NCBI GenBank assembly: GCA_963729895.1
Contig: CAVSQB010000026.1
Location: forward strand, 32,001-96,000
DNA: 64,000 bases
Source of the DNA: an uncultured Fibrobacterota bacterium
GTDB taxonomy: Bacteria; Fibrobacterota; Chitinivibrionia; Chitinivibrionales; FEN-1185
Reading direction: 5' to 3'
The notes under the pieces: model-generated
Database searches by the model: none
Told to the model about the DNA's origin: nothing
Seen by the model: the letters and a program-made list of their open reading frames with translations, nothing else
Part shown: positions 28,615 through 38,433 of the stretch, one piece after another
How the letters are laid out: each line of letters starts with the position of its first letter
How positions within the stretch are numbered: the stretch's first letter is position 1
Made by a program: the position numbers and the translations under genes

Positions 28615-29993
28615 ACCGCCGCGTCGTCGTCACCGGCATCGGGATCATCGCCCCGGGCGCCCCGAACGCCGCAACATTCTGGAACAACTGCCTGGCCGGC
28701 GTCGCGCCCGTGTCGCCTATTCCCGCCCACTGGAAACGGTACGCCGAGTATGCCTCCACGATCTGGGCGCCGCTTCCGAAACTCGATTTTTCCGGCCTCG
28801 GCATAAGCCGCGTGGAACAGATGCAACTCGATCCGTCCTCAATGCTTGCGCTGTGCGCCGCACGCGAAGCCCTTGACAGCTCGCGCATCCGCAGTACCCT
28901 CAAGAATGAAAAGAAAAACACGTTTTCTCTGGACGGTCTTGACGCCGGGCGCGTTGCCGTCTATTGTGGCAGCGGCATCGGCGGCCTTACCTCCCTCATC
29001 TTCAGCCAGTCGTATCATATTGTGTCCCCGCTTGCCAACGCATTCTCACACCTTCGACCGCTTCTTTCGGGCGGCCAGGCGCCGTTTCCCGAGGCGAGGC
29101 TCATTGCGGATGCAGCGAGCGAAGACATACGCATGCCCCAGCGGTTCAATCCTTTCATTGTGTCAATGACTATGCCCAATGCCGTTTCCGCAAACATCGG
29201 GATCAAGTACTCGGTCCACGGACCCAACACCACGGTGAGCTGCGCCTGCTCCGCGGGCACGGTCGCCGTTGGACAGGCGTTCTCGGCCATCCGGGGGGAC
29301 CGCGCGGACTGCGCCCTGTGCGGCGGCGTGGAATTTCTCGGAGACGAATTCGGCGGGATATTCCGCGGGTTCGACTGTGCAAAGACGCTTGTCAATCCGG
29401 GAAACGATCCTCATTCCGCCAACCGCCCGTTCGATAGGCTCCGCTCCGGGTTTCTCTTTGCCGAAGGCGGCGCGGCCATCCTCGTGATTGAGGAGCTTTC
29501 CCATGCTCTTCGCCGCGATGCATCCATCATTTCGGAAATAACCGGATTCGCGGAGACCTTCGACGGCCACAACATCATGATGATGGACCCCCAGGCCGAT
29601 CAGATCCGGCGCATGCTTCACCTGCTTGTCGGTTCCGCGGGTCTTGCCTTTTCGGACATCGACTATATCAACGCCCACGGGACGGGCACGGTGGCAAACG
29701 ATGAGATTGAGGCGCGGCTCATCGACGAGTGCTTCGGACAAAAGCCGATTGTCAATTCAACAAAATCGCTCATCGGGCATGCCATCGGCGCCGGCGGCGC
29801 CATCGAAACGGCGGTGACGGCCCTCAGCATTGCGCATAAAACGACCCATGCGTGCAAGAACCTGGAGGAGCCGGTTCGCGATCTCAATTTTGTCAGAACG
29901 CCCGGGAACTTCCCTATTCGCAAAGCGATCACGCAGTCGTTCGCGTTCGGCGGGCACAATGCGGGGTTGGTGCTGGAGGAATACCGGGAGTAA
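28611..29993 (+). CDS. FabF-like beta-ketoacyl-ACP synthase (cluster-specific)
   Basis: RRVVVTGIG, ACSAG, NAHGTGT, KSLIGH and FAFGGHN; ATGA overlap with the ACP gene. Confidence 0.93.
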   Translation: MNRRVVVTGIGIIAPGAPNAATFWNNCLAGVAPVSPIPAHWKRYAEYASTIWAPLPKLDFSGLGISRVEQMQLDPSSMLALCAAREALDSSRIRSTLKNEKKNTFSLDGLDAGRVAVYCGSGIGGLTSLIFSQSYHIVSPLANAFSHLRPLLSGGQAPFPEARLIADAASEDIRMPQRFNPFIVSMTMPNAVSANIGIKYSVHGPNTTVSCACSAGTVAVGQAFSAIRGDRADCALCGGVEFLGDEFGGIFRGFDCAKTLVNPGNDPHSANRPFDRLRSGFLFAEGGAAILVIEELSHALRRDASIISEITGFAETFDGHNIMMMDPQADQIRRMLHLLVGSAGLAFSDIDYINAHGTGTVANDEIEARLIDECFGQKPIVNSTKSLIGHAIGAGGAIETAVTALSIAHKTTHACKNLEEPVRDLNFVRTPGNFPIRKAITQSFAFGGHNAGLVLEEYRE

Positions 29994-30034
29994 CGGGAGT
30001 GTTTCCGTGGAGAACCTTCTTCCTCCGCGCGGTC

Positions 30035-31273
30035 CTACCCCCTCGACGCTCGCTCCGAAAGCCAGTGAGTGCTGGCGATACAACCTTTGTCAAGCTCCTC
30101 AGCCAGCGCGAGCGCATCGCTTCGATACCCGCTCCGGATGCGCACGGTTTTTTCGGCCCACGAGGAGCAATACGTGCAACGCCTGCAGTCGGCCGTGGAA
30201 CAATCGCGGGTGCGGAGCCCTTCGACAAATCCATCGAGCGCCTTGTTGTCGATGTAGACCGGCGCCGTCGCGCGGCCGTAGTCGTGCAGAATGACCATCT
30301 CGGCGTAGCGCTTCATCGCCGCAAGCGCGGAGAGTTTGACGTACCATGGTTTGAACATCACCGTCATCATCCTTGCGCGCTGCGCAAACGGCGTGTTCTG
30401 TTCGCGTTTTATCTGGGCAACGGGCCCCGCTATTTCGAGCAAATTTCCGTCAAACGACCGCGCAGCGTACGCGGCAACGCGTTTGACAAGAAGATCGCCG
30501 GGACAGCTTCGCTCCACAATCTTGAACGAATGAAACCCGATCTCTTCGTAGAAGTGAAGATCTTCGGGCCTGATCCACGTTGCGCGCAGGTACAACGACG
30601 GGTCTCTCAGCTTGCTCGACGAACAGTGGAGGAAACAATAGTCGAGGCAGAATCCCTTGCGCCCTCCCCGCGACATTGAGCTTTGGGTGAGCAGATGCAT
30701 GTGGGTAGGTTCGTGCGAGCAATTGAGCAGACAGCTTGCATTGACAATGAGCTGCAATTCGCGCCGGGACGCCTTCTTGATGGCTTCGAGTTTCGTGAAA
30801 TTCCGGTTGCACGCAATCGCGCTCACGCAGATCGTGTCCGCGCCCATGTCTTCCCATTGCACCACTTTATGGGGCGTGTCGACAAGCGCGAATACTCCCA
30901 CGCGCACCATCAAGCGAGGGTATTGCTTTTTCACAAGCCTCAGAAGATAGGGCGAGGCAACGGTAACGGCGTCCACTCCCATTTCATCGAGCCCGTCGAG
31001 CTGGCGGCGAATGGCCGCCTGGCCGCGCCTGGTTTGTTCCAGGCCGTATAAGCCGGCCCCGTTGATCAGGTAATTGAAGCTGAGACCGTGCGCGTGCGCC
31101 TCGGCCACGGACGACGCAAGAGACCTCCTCGTCGTGGGCCGCAAGGTTATGGTCGACCGCCCGCCGCCGATGAGATCGCGCGACAGCTTGCCGTAAATCT
31201 CCTTCACTTCAGGGAATTTTGCCAGTGTGGGGATAATACCCGGTTCAAAGGTGTAGGCAACGCTCAGTTTCAT
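30035..31273 (-). CDS. U32 'peptidase' family Fe-S protein (UbiU/UbiV/RlhA superfamily)
   Basis: GVDAVTVASPYL, NASCLLNC, YCFLHC, WIRPEDL..Y, FKIVER, and an extra C-terminal CxxxxCxxCxxC. Confidence 0.85.
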   Translation of the reverse strand: MKLSVAYTFEPGIIPTLAKFPEVKEIYGKLSRDLIGGGRSTITLRPTTRRSLASSVAEAHAHGLSFNYLINGAGLYGLEQTRRGQAAIRRQLDGLDEMGVDAVTVASPYLLRLVKKQYPRLMVRVGVFALVDTPHKVVQWEDMGADTICVSAIACNRNFTKLEAIKKASRRELQLIVNASCLLNCSHEPTHMHLLTQSSMSRGGRKGFCLDYCFLHCSSSKLRDPSLYLRATWIRPEDLHFYEEIGFHSFKIVERSCPGDLLVKRVAAYAARSFDGNLLEIAGPVAQIKREQNTPFAQRARMMTVMFKPWYVKLSALAAMKRYAEMVILHDYGRATAPVYIDNKALDGFVEGLRTRDCSTADCRRCTYCSSWAEKTVRIRSGYRSDALALAEELDKGCIASTHWLSERASRG

Positions 31274-31334
31274 GGCGGTGCTTCCGAGGGTTCGTGGTTT
31301 ACCGGAGGCCGGCGCGAGGTGCCCGGACAAGCCG

Positions 31335-32180
31335 CTATTTCCCCTTCTTTGCCGCCTCGTACCGGTACTCTGCTGCGTCAATAAGCCACAGAGGGTCTTT
31401 GTAACTCTGGTAGCGCACACGGTCCACAAAATACGTGGGAGTCAGGGTGACGCCGTTGGCGGCGGCTTCTGCGGTTGATCTGGCGACGGCGGAATCCGCT
31501 TCGGGCGAGTTTGCGCGCTGCTTGAATGCAGCGTGCGACATGTTCAGGCTGTCGGCGATCGCGTAGATAAGGCTTTCACTGACACGGCCTTTGCTCTTGG
31601 CGAGCGAAATAAAGAAGTCCCAGAACTTGCCCATGCCGCCGGCCGCCACAAGCGACCGGTTTGCGAACCCGTTGCCCAGGGGTTTAATCATGAGGCGCGC
31701 CTTGCCGGCGAGGACTCCCACGGTCACCGCATCGTACAGCTCGTGCGTCACGAAGTGACATATGGGGCATACGGCGCTTACGTATCCAATTATCAGCACG
31801 GGCGCACGCTTGTCGCCTGCGATGGGAAATACCGTCGTGTCGATGATGCCCTTGCGGGTCGAAGTAAGGCTCTCGTAGCGCCTTCCCGCTTCCTGTATTA
31901 TGGTTGCCGACGAGGTTTTGCGCGCCACGAGCCACTTGAAAAACGAATGCAGCCGCCCGGCAATGGTGCAGGTGGGATACTTCTTGAGGCATGCGGCAAG
32001 TTCGCCGTTGCAGCATTGCTGCACCACAAAGACGTTTTCGACGGAATCGAGCTGGTGAAGCTGTTCCGCATTCAGCGTGTCCGGAACCGCCGTCTTCTGT
32101 TCAAACGCATGCACAGGCCACACGCACAGGGCCGCCGCGCACGCGCACACCGATGCCATCGACATTCTGCGCTTTGTCAT
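31335..32180 (-). CDS. Exported DsbA/thioredoxin-fold protein with Cys-rich N-terminal domain
   Basis: Signal peptide, CPIC motif and GVTLTPT cis-Pro loop. Confidence 0.8.
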   Translation of the reverse strand: MTKRRMSMASVCACAAALCVWPVHAFEQKTAVPDTLNAEQLHQLDSVENVFVVQQCCNGELAACLKKYPTCTIAGRLHSFFKWLVARKTSSATIIQEAGRRYESLTSTRKGIIDTTVFPIAGDKRAPVLIIGYVSAVCPICHFVTHELYDAVTVGVLAGKARLMIKPLGNGFANRSLVAAGGMGKFWDFFISLAKSKGRVSESLIYAIADSLNMSHAAFKQRANSPEADSAVARSTAEAAANGVTLTPTYFVDRVRYQSYKDPLWLIDAAEYRYEAAKKGK

Positions 32181-32182
32181 GC

Positions 32183-33550
32183 CTACCGTCCCGTCATGAT
32201 CCGGAGAAGGTCCGGAAGCCGTCCCAGATCGTTGTAGGTTACATACATGAACAACAGGATAAAAAACGCGATTGCCACGCGGTTGATTATCGACTGCGCC
32301 GCTATCGACAGTGGTTTCCTGCGCAGCGCCTCGAGCAGCAGGAACAGCAGCAGCCCGCCGTCGGTAATGACAAGCGGCAATAAATTGAGAATGGCCAGGT
32401 TGATGCCGATGAGCGCCATTAATTTGAGGATTTCAACCGGTCCCGCAACCGCCACGATGCCGATCCACTGGATAATGCCGACGGGCCCGGAAAGCTCCCT
32501 GGTTGACACCTGCTTGGTGGACAGCATTGCGATGACGTTGAAAACCATGGTGGTATTTTCCCACGTTGCCCCGAGCATCTTTCGCGCCGCGGCAACCGGT
32601 CCGTAGCGGACCTTAACAGATGCTGAATTTCCCCGCGTGACGCCGATCTGGAATCTGTGCACATCCTTCTTGAATACGGGGACAACCGCCAGCGGCACCA
32701 TGGCATTGCCGCGTTTCACGGAAAACCGCATGGGGCCTGCGGTGCTGTCGAAATGAATCACCACCTGCGTAAGCTGGTCCCAGGAAAAGATCTCTTTCCC
32801 GTTTATTTCAGCCACGGTGTCGCCGGCCTTGAAGCCTGCGGCGGCCGCGGGCGTACCCTGGCCGACGCTGCCGACCGTGGGAGAATACACGGGAAACAAT
32901 CCTCCGGTCGGTTCTTTGGGAAGTCCCCTGCCATTCCATTGCGCCATCACGAGCGGCCTGGTACTCACGACATTGTCGCGCGCAAAGGTGATGTCGTAGC
33001 GCGATTGGCGGAAAGAAAGCTGACGTTCTATGTCTTCCCAGCTTCTCACGGGTCTCCCATTCATGGCGATGACGCTGTCGCCTTCACGAAATCCCGCCTT
33101 CATGGCGCTTGAGCTGTCGCTCACGGCGCCTATAATCGGCCGCTTGAGATAGAGCGGTTCGTCAACGCCCGCGACAAAAACACAATACAGGCACACCATT
33201 GCGAAGAGGTAATTTGCGGCAGGGCCGGCAACGGCCACAATCGCGCGTTGCCATTTGGGCTTTGAGGTGAAATCACCCGGCTCCACCACCGGTTTGTCTT
33301 CCGGGTGCTCGCCGGACATGGCAACATACCCGCCGAACGGCACAGCGCCGATGCGATATTCGGTGCCGCCGACGGTCTTCTTGAGCAGCGGTTTCCCAAA
33401 CCCGATCGAGAAAGCCAGAACCCGTATGCCGCATCCTTTTGCCGCAATAAAATGTCCCAGTTCGTGAACAAGGACGAGAATGCCCAGGACGATGAGTCCA
33501 ACGGCAAAGAAGATCGTGATGATCGCCGCGCTGTGAAAAAAATGCATCAT
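32183..33550 (-). CDS. rseP: RIP metalloprotease RseP
   Basis: HELGH, two PDZ domains and NLLPLVITDGG. Confidence 0.96.
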   Translation of the reverse strand: MMHFFHSAAIITIFFAVGLIVLGILVLVHELGHFIAAKGCGIRVLAFSIGFGKPLLKKTVGGTEYRIGAVPFGGYVAMSGEHPEDKPVVEPGDFTSKPKWQRAIVAVAGPAANYLFAMVCLYCVFVAGVDEPLYLKRPIIGAVSDSSSAMKAGFREGDSVIAMNGRPVRSWEDIERQLSFRQSRYDITFARDNVVSTRPLVMAQWNGRGLPKEPTGGLFPVYSPTVGSVGQGTPAAAAGFKAGDTVAEINGKEIFSWDQLTQVVIHFDSTAGPMRFSVKRGNAMVPLAVVPVFKKDVHRFQIGVTRGNSASVKVRYGPVAAARKMLGATWENTTMVFNVIAMLSTKQVSTRELSGPVGIIQWIGIVAVAGPVEILKLMALIGINLAILNLLPLVITDGGLLLFLLLEALRRKPLSIAAQSIINRVAIAFFILLFMYVTYNDLGRLPDLLRIMTGR

Positions 33551-33565
33551 TAGTGGCTGTCGTTT

Positions 33566-34753
33566 CTATCGGAGGGCATGGGACCGTTCCTCGTTTCTTG
33601 TCCAATCGGAAATAAGTCTGCTCACGTTCGCCCGCGTTCTCCTGTCAGCCTCTTCTACGACCTCAATGGCGTCCGCCGGCACCGGCGAATGATCGTCCAA
33701 GGCCGCCCGCAGCAATTCCGCGATCATGTCGAACCGGATAGTCCCGGCAAGAAACGCGGCGACCGCCACTTCGTTGGCCGCGTTGAGCACCGCAGGCATG
33801 GTACCGCCGCTTCTCCCTGCGGCAAGGCACAGCCCAAGGCAGGGAAAACGCGCAAAGTCGGGCTCGAAAAACGTGAGCTCGCGCAGCTCGGCCAGATTCA
33901 GGCGCCGCGTTTTCAGCTCCAACCGCTTCGGGTATGACAACGCAAACTGGATCGGCAATTCCATGTCGGGAACGCCCATTTGCGCCATGACCGCCCCGTC
34001 GTGGAATTCCACCATGGAATGAATGACGGATTGGGGATGGATGACCACGCGCAGCCGGTCGTAAGGCATGTCGAACAGGTGATGCGCCTCGATCACCTCA
34101 AACCCCTTGTTCACGAGCGTTGCCGCGTCGATGGTGATCTTCCTGCCCATGCTCCAGGTGGGGTGGTTCAGCGCGTCCGCGGGCCGAATGTCTCTGAATT
34201 TGTCAAGCGGGTGGGTCCGAAAAGGGCCGCCTGAGGCCGTCAGGATTATCGATTCCACCGCGGCATGGCTCTCGCCGGTAAGGCACTGCAGAATGGCGCT
34301 GTGCTCGCTATCAACGGGGACAAGCTCCCCGCACCCCTTGCGGACAAGGGAGGTAATGTAGTCGCCTCCTATCACCAGACTTTCCTTGTTCGCAAGCGCC
34401 ACCCGTTTGTTCTTTCTGAGCCCGGCGACGGTTGCCCGCAGGCCCACCGCGCCCACGAGCGCGTTGAGCAGCACGTCGAACTCGGTCTCGTTGACAAGCT
34501 CTTCGAGGCCCGCATCATTGTTGAACACGCGCACGTTCCCATCGAAACGGCGTCCGCTGCCGCCGGCCGCGGCGCTGCCTATGCACACCGATTTAGGCCG
34601 GAATTCTTCGGCAAGGCTCAGGAGCTTTTCCCGGTTGCCGTGCGCCGACATTCCCACGATCTCGAAGCGGTCGGGGAACCGCCTGATGCAGTTGCACGCG
34701 CTGGTGCCGATAGACCCTGTCGCGCCGAGAAGCACTATTCTTGTTCGATTCAT
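33566..34753 (-). CDS. dxr: 1-deoxy-D-xylulose 5-phosphate reductoisomerase
   Basis: LGATGSIG, LANKESLV, PVDSEH, HPTWSMG.KI and NAANE motifs. Confidence 0.98.
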   Translation of the reverse strand: MNRTRIVLLGATGSIGTSACNCIRRFPDRFEIVGMSAHGNREKLLSLAEEFRPKSVCIGSAAAGGSGRRFDGNVRVFNNDAGLEELVNETEFDVLLNALVGAVGLRATVAGLRKNKRVALANKESLVIGGDYITSLVRKGCGELVPVDSEHSAILQCLTGESHAAVESIILTASGGPFRTHPLDKFRDIRPADALNHPTWSMGRKITIDAATLVNKGFEVIEAHHLFDMPYDRLRVVIHPQSVIHSMVEFHDGAVMAQMGVPDMELPIQFALSYPKRLELKTRRLNLAELRELTFFEPDFARFPCLGLCLAAGRSGGTMPAVLNAANEVAVAAFLAGTIRFDMIAELLRAALDDHSPVPADAIEVVEEADRRTRANVSRLISDWTRNEERSHALR

Positions 34754-34792
34754 TCGTCCAGCATTCCGTTTGTCAAGAAAGGGCGGGGCGGG

Positions 34793-36088
34793 TCACGGTC
34801 CGACGGCCGATTCCGCAATTACCCGAATCTTCGAGTCGGCGCCGTTGCTCAGCCAGGCAAACCGCGTTTGCCAGCCCTCGGGACCGGGCGGGGCGGTTGC
34901 GGTACGCGCATTGCATTTGTAATAGAGCTTCATCTTGAAGCATCGCAGGCCCAGAGCGGATTGACATTGCCATGAGCGGACCGAATCCTTTTCCCAGTAT
35001 TTGAGTTCTACGATCTTGCCTGTCTTCACCACGTCGGCTCGTTTCTTCTGCAGCATCCATTCTTCGGGGCCCGCCCGTGCGCCGAACGCGGCACTGCCGC
35101 TTCCGTTCGAGCAGGCAATGTCGACCTGCCCGGTCATATCATACGCTTTTTCGTACTGCTTGCTTTGCAGGAGACGGAGATATTCGTCAAGCGTTTTCAC
35201 ATACTCGTCGGTGGCAAATGCCAGCAAAAAAAGTCCGAGCGTCGGAACCGCCACGAACACGCTTCCGAATCTGTCAAGGACGCCGCCATGGCCCGACAGT
35301 ATTTCGGAGGCGTTTTTGGCCCCAAAGTAGCGTTTCATGAGGGACACCAGAAGGTCGCCCACCTGGGCAAAAACGCCCAGGATAAGTCCCATAAAGATTC
35401 CCAGGTACCACGGATACGCCGGGTTGCGAAGGAAGGTCCACAACACCGAATATGCGACAACCGCGGTCACGAATCCGCCGATGCTTCCCTCGACGGTCTT
35501 GTTCGGGCTGATGTTGCTGTAATGGTGCTTCCCCCAGGTGCAGCCCACGAAATAGGCCATGGTGTCGCACAGGAACACCGACCCTATCACCAGGACAAAT
35601 CCTATTCTGGAAAGCATTTCGGGGCCGTACGACTTGAAAAAAGACTGGAAACCGGGATCGAACAGGTACAGGATGGATACTCCCGCAATGTAAAGAAACA
35701 CGACTGCGGAGAACGACAAGCTTGCGCGCCTCCACCTGCCCGAATTCCTTTTTCCCCACACGATAGCCTCGAACGCAACGATAAGAAGGAGAACGAAAAT
35801 GGAATATCGCAGGGGTATCGACAACTTGAACATGCCGAGAACGAGCTCGGTGGCAAGCCACACCAAGCCGAGCCAGAATGCGTTTCTCGGGAAGAAGACC
35901 GCCAGCATCCGGTTGTACTCGAGCCCGCCCATGATGATAAGCGCGATGGTGATCACCATACCGGGCACAATGTGGTACGGCGAACCGGGAGGAACCAGCG
36001 ACAGGTTAGAATTCATGCCCCACCACCCGATGGGAATGGCGGGGATCGCAAAGAGAAGCCGCCGGCGCAGGTTGCGGGGATCGATCAT
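34793..36088 (-). CDS. cdsA: Phosphatidate cytidylyltransferase with an extra C-terminal soluble domain
   Basis: DTMAYFVG, ISPNKTVEG, GDLLVSLMKR and HGGVLDR motifs, located between uppS and dxr. Confidence 0.9.
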   Translation of the reverse strand: MIDPRNLRRRLLFAIPAIPIGWWGMNSNLSLVPPGSPYHIVPGMVITIALIIMGGLEYNRMLAVFFPRNAFWLGLVWLATELVLGMFKLSIPLRYSIFVLLLIVAFEAIVWGKRNSGRWRRASLSFSAVVFLYIAGVSILYLFDPGFQSFFKSYGPEMLSRIGFVLVIGSVFLCDTMAYFVGCTWGKHHYSNISPNKTVEGSIGGFVTAVVAYSVLWTFLRNPAYPWYLGIFMGLILGVFAQVGDLLVSLMKRYFGAKNASEILSGHGGVLDRFGSVFVAVPTLGLFLLAFATDEYVKTLDEYLRLLQSKQYEKAYDMTGQVDIACSNGSGSAAFGARAGPEEWMLQKKRADVVKTGKIVELKYWEKDSVRSWQCQSALGLRCFKMKLYYKCNARTATAPPGPEGWQTRFAWLSNGADSKIRVIAESAVGP

Positions 36089-36795
36089 ACGATCTCCTTA
36101 ACCGTTCCGAACCGGCGTTCGCGTTTGTTAAAATCGTTGATCGCCTCAATCAGGCATTTCTTGTCGAAATCGGGCCACAGCACGTCGGTGAAGTACAACT
36201 CTGCGTAGGCCGATTGCCAAAGGAGAAAATTGCTGGTCCGGATTTCGCCGGCCGTTCGAATGATGAGGTCCGGATCGGGAAACGCGGCCGTAGAGAGATA
36301 CTTCCTGAAAGTTTCCTCGGTGAGGTCGCCGATGAGGGACGGTGCGGCAAGCGCGTCCCGGGCGAAGTCCTTTACGGCCTCTATTATTTCGGCCCTGCCG
36401 CCGTAACTCACCGCGAGCACCAGATTGAGCCCGGTATTCCCTTTTGTCGCCTCGATCCCGGCAAGAAGCTCCCTGCGCGTCTTGGGCGGAAGCCTGGAGA
36501 GATCGCCGATGGCGTGAAGCCTCACATTGTTCTTGTTGAGTTCCCGGATTTCCCGCCGCGTCATTTCAACCAGGAGGTCCATAAGCAGGGCTATTTCCCT
36601 TTGCGGCCTGCCCCAGTTTTCCGCGGAAAAAACGTAGATGGTGAGATAGCGTATTCCAAGCTCACCGCACGATCGCACGATATTTCGGGTGGCATCGGTG
36701 CCGGCCCGGTGCCCGGCGGACCTCGGCAACCCGCGCGCCTTTGCCCAGCGGCCGTTGCCGTCAAGGATGATGCCTATATGGGTGGGGACATTCAT
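36085..36795 (-). CDS. uppS: Undecaprenyl diphosphate synthase
   Basis: ILDGNGRWA, FSAENW.RP, YGGR.EI and SNFLLWQ motifs. Confidence 0.98.
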   Translation of the reverse strand: MNVPTHIGIILDGNGRWAKARGLPRSAGHRAGTDATRNIVRSCGELGIRYLTIYVFSAENWGRPQREIALLMDLLVEMTRREIRELNKNNVRLHAIGDLSRLPPKTRRELLAGIEATKGNTGLNLVLAVSYGGRAEIIEAVKDFARDALAAPSLIGDLTEETFRKYLSTAAFPDPDLIIRTAGEIRTSNFLLWQSAYAELYFTDVLWPDFDKKCLIEAINDFNKRERRFGTVKEIV

Positions 36796-36977
36796 GGCAA
36801 AGCTGTCATTTCACGGAACAGGCTGTCTCGGGAGAAGTCTTTCGCGGATTTTGGTCATCCAAATATATATCCCGATTAAAAGGAAATGAACCAAAAAGCA
36901 CCTGTTCCTCCCTCATAAAGCCAATCCTGGGCCGGTGAAAAAACGTATATTGTGGTATGCCGGACAAAGGAGCCACA

Positions 36978-37247
36978 ATGAGCATTGAAATATCAAGACC
37001 CACAAAGACCGAACTGCGGAAGAAGGGTGTATTGACATGGCCTGTGTGGGAAAAAGAAGTGTCGCGATTCGACTGGTTCTACGAGCAAACCGAAGAATGC
37101 TACCTCGTTGAGGGAAAAGTGATTGTCTGGACAAAAGACGGAAAGCGGTTCGAATTCGGCAAAGGTGATTTCGTCCGGTTCCCCAAGGGCCTCGAATGCC
37201 AATGGGACATCAGGGAGCCCGTGAAGAAACATTACTGCTTCAAGTGA
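36978..37247 (+). CDS. Cupin domain protein (DUF861-like)
   Basis: WPVWEKE...E.CY.VEG.V...GKGD.V.FPKG..C.W; AAGGAG RBS. Confidence 0.85.
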   Translation: MSIEISRPTKTELRKKGVLTWPVWEKEVSRFDWFYEQTEECYLVEGKVIVWTKDGKRFEFGKGDFVRFPKGLECQWDIREPVKKHYCFK

Positions 37248-37339
37248 TGTTGTCGCGGGGATTGCGCGGGCTGAGGCATTCGACATCCGCACTTTGATAG
37301 AGCCCCTGTCCGTATCACAGTGCATCCCGGGAATTCCCG

Positions 37340-38098
37340 ATGTTCCCCATCAGAGATGACAATCCCACGATTCACAAATCGGTTGTCGTCTTCCTCATCA
37401 TAGCGATCAACGCCGCAGTCTGGATTTTTGTTCAGGGCGCAGGCTTTAATCCGGCAATGGCAAAATCTCTGTGCCACTTCGGACTCGTGCCCGGCGAACT
37501 GCTCGGTCTGGTTGCGCCCGGAACGCAGGTCCCTTTGGGCGGCGGGTTTGCCTGCGTCGTTGAGAATTCGCAGAACTGGTACACTCTTATCACACACATG
37601 TTTATGCATGGCGGTTGGCTGCATATCATCGGTAACATGTGGTTTCTCGCCATATTCGGCGATAATGTGGAAGACTCCATGGGTTCATTCCGATTTGTCT
37701 TTTTTTACCTGTTGTGCGGCCTGGCCGCGGCCGGCACGCAGATGTTTCTCGACCCTCGCAGCGCTATGCCCATGATAGGCGCTTCGGGCGCGATAGGCGG
37801 AGTCATGGGTGCGTACATCGTACTGTACCCTCGCGCTCCCATTCACATGCTCGTGTTTCTCGGCTTCTTTGTGACCCGGATCATTGTTCCCGCCTACTTC
37901 ATGCTTGGCTACTGGTTTATGCTGCAACTTCTCGGCGTGATACCGGCAATCGGCGGAAGGAACGGCGGCGGCGTTGCGGTGGGCGCGCACGTGGGAGGAT
38001 TCTTGGCGGGGGTGCTCCTGATTTTCTTTTTCAGGCGAATGGACAGGGTGAGGGAAAAAAGGGCGATGCGGGTTTGGCGAGGATGGAAATATAGATGA
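37340..38098 (+). CDS. Rhomboid family intramembrane serine protease
   Basis: MFMHGGWLHIIGNM, GASG and AHVGGF motifs. Confidence 0.95.
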   Translation: MFPIRDDNPTIHKSVVVFLIIAINAAVWIFVQGAGFNPAMAKSLCHFGLVPGELLGLVAPGTQVPLGGGFACVVENSQNWYTLITHMFMHGGWLHIIGNMWFLAIFGDNVEDSMGSFRFVFFYLLCGLAAAGTQMFLDPRSAMPMIGASGAIGGVMGAYIVLYPRAPIHMLVFLGFFVTRIIVPAYFMLGYWFMLQLLGVIPAIGGRNGGGVAVGAHVGGFLAGVLLIFFFRRMDRVREKRAMRVWRGWKYR

Positions 38099-38127
38099 GT
38101 GCTTAAGTCGAAATCGGATTAAGAAGC

Positions 38128-38290
38128 TGGGCGTTCCCCTTTGTAGAGTCTCACCGCCATGCGACTCTACAAAGGGTCGGCCCTCCCTCCGGGCTCGGCC
38201 GTTCGGCCTCGTTGCCGGCTCGCCCCAGTCGCCTTTGGCGAGGGTCGACCGGCAATGCGCTTCAGCGCACCCTGCGGTCCTGCCTAACGC
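38128..38290 (+). repeat. Dispersed structured repeat family 1, copy B
   Basis: Homologous to 15540-15677(-), with a longer variable hairpin CCCTTTGTAGAGTC...GACTCTACAAAGGG. Confidence 0.85.
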
Positions 38291-38433
38291 GAAAACAAAG
38301 CTCCACTGCCGCCAAATATCCAGAAACCTGTCGAACTCCGACAGGTAAGTTTTTCTGCTCAATCACATGGGGCGAACTTCATTTAGCGGTAAATGGAACG
38401 TGTGGAAAACGCGGTTTTGCAGCTGCAGCTCCC

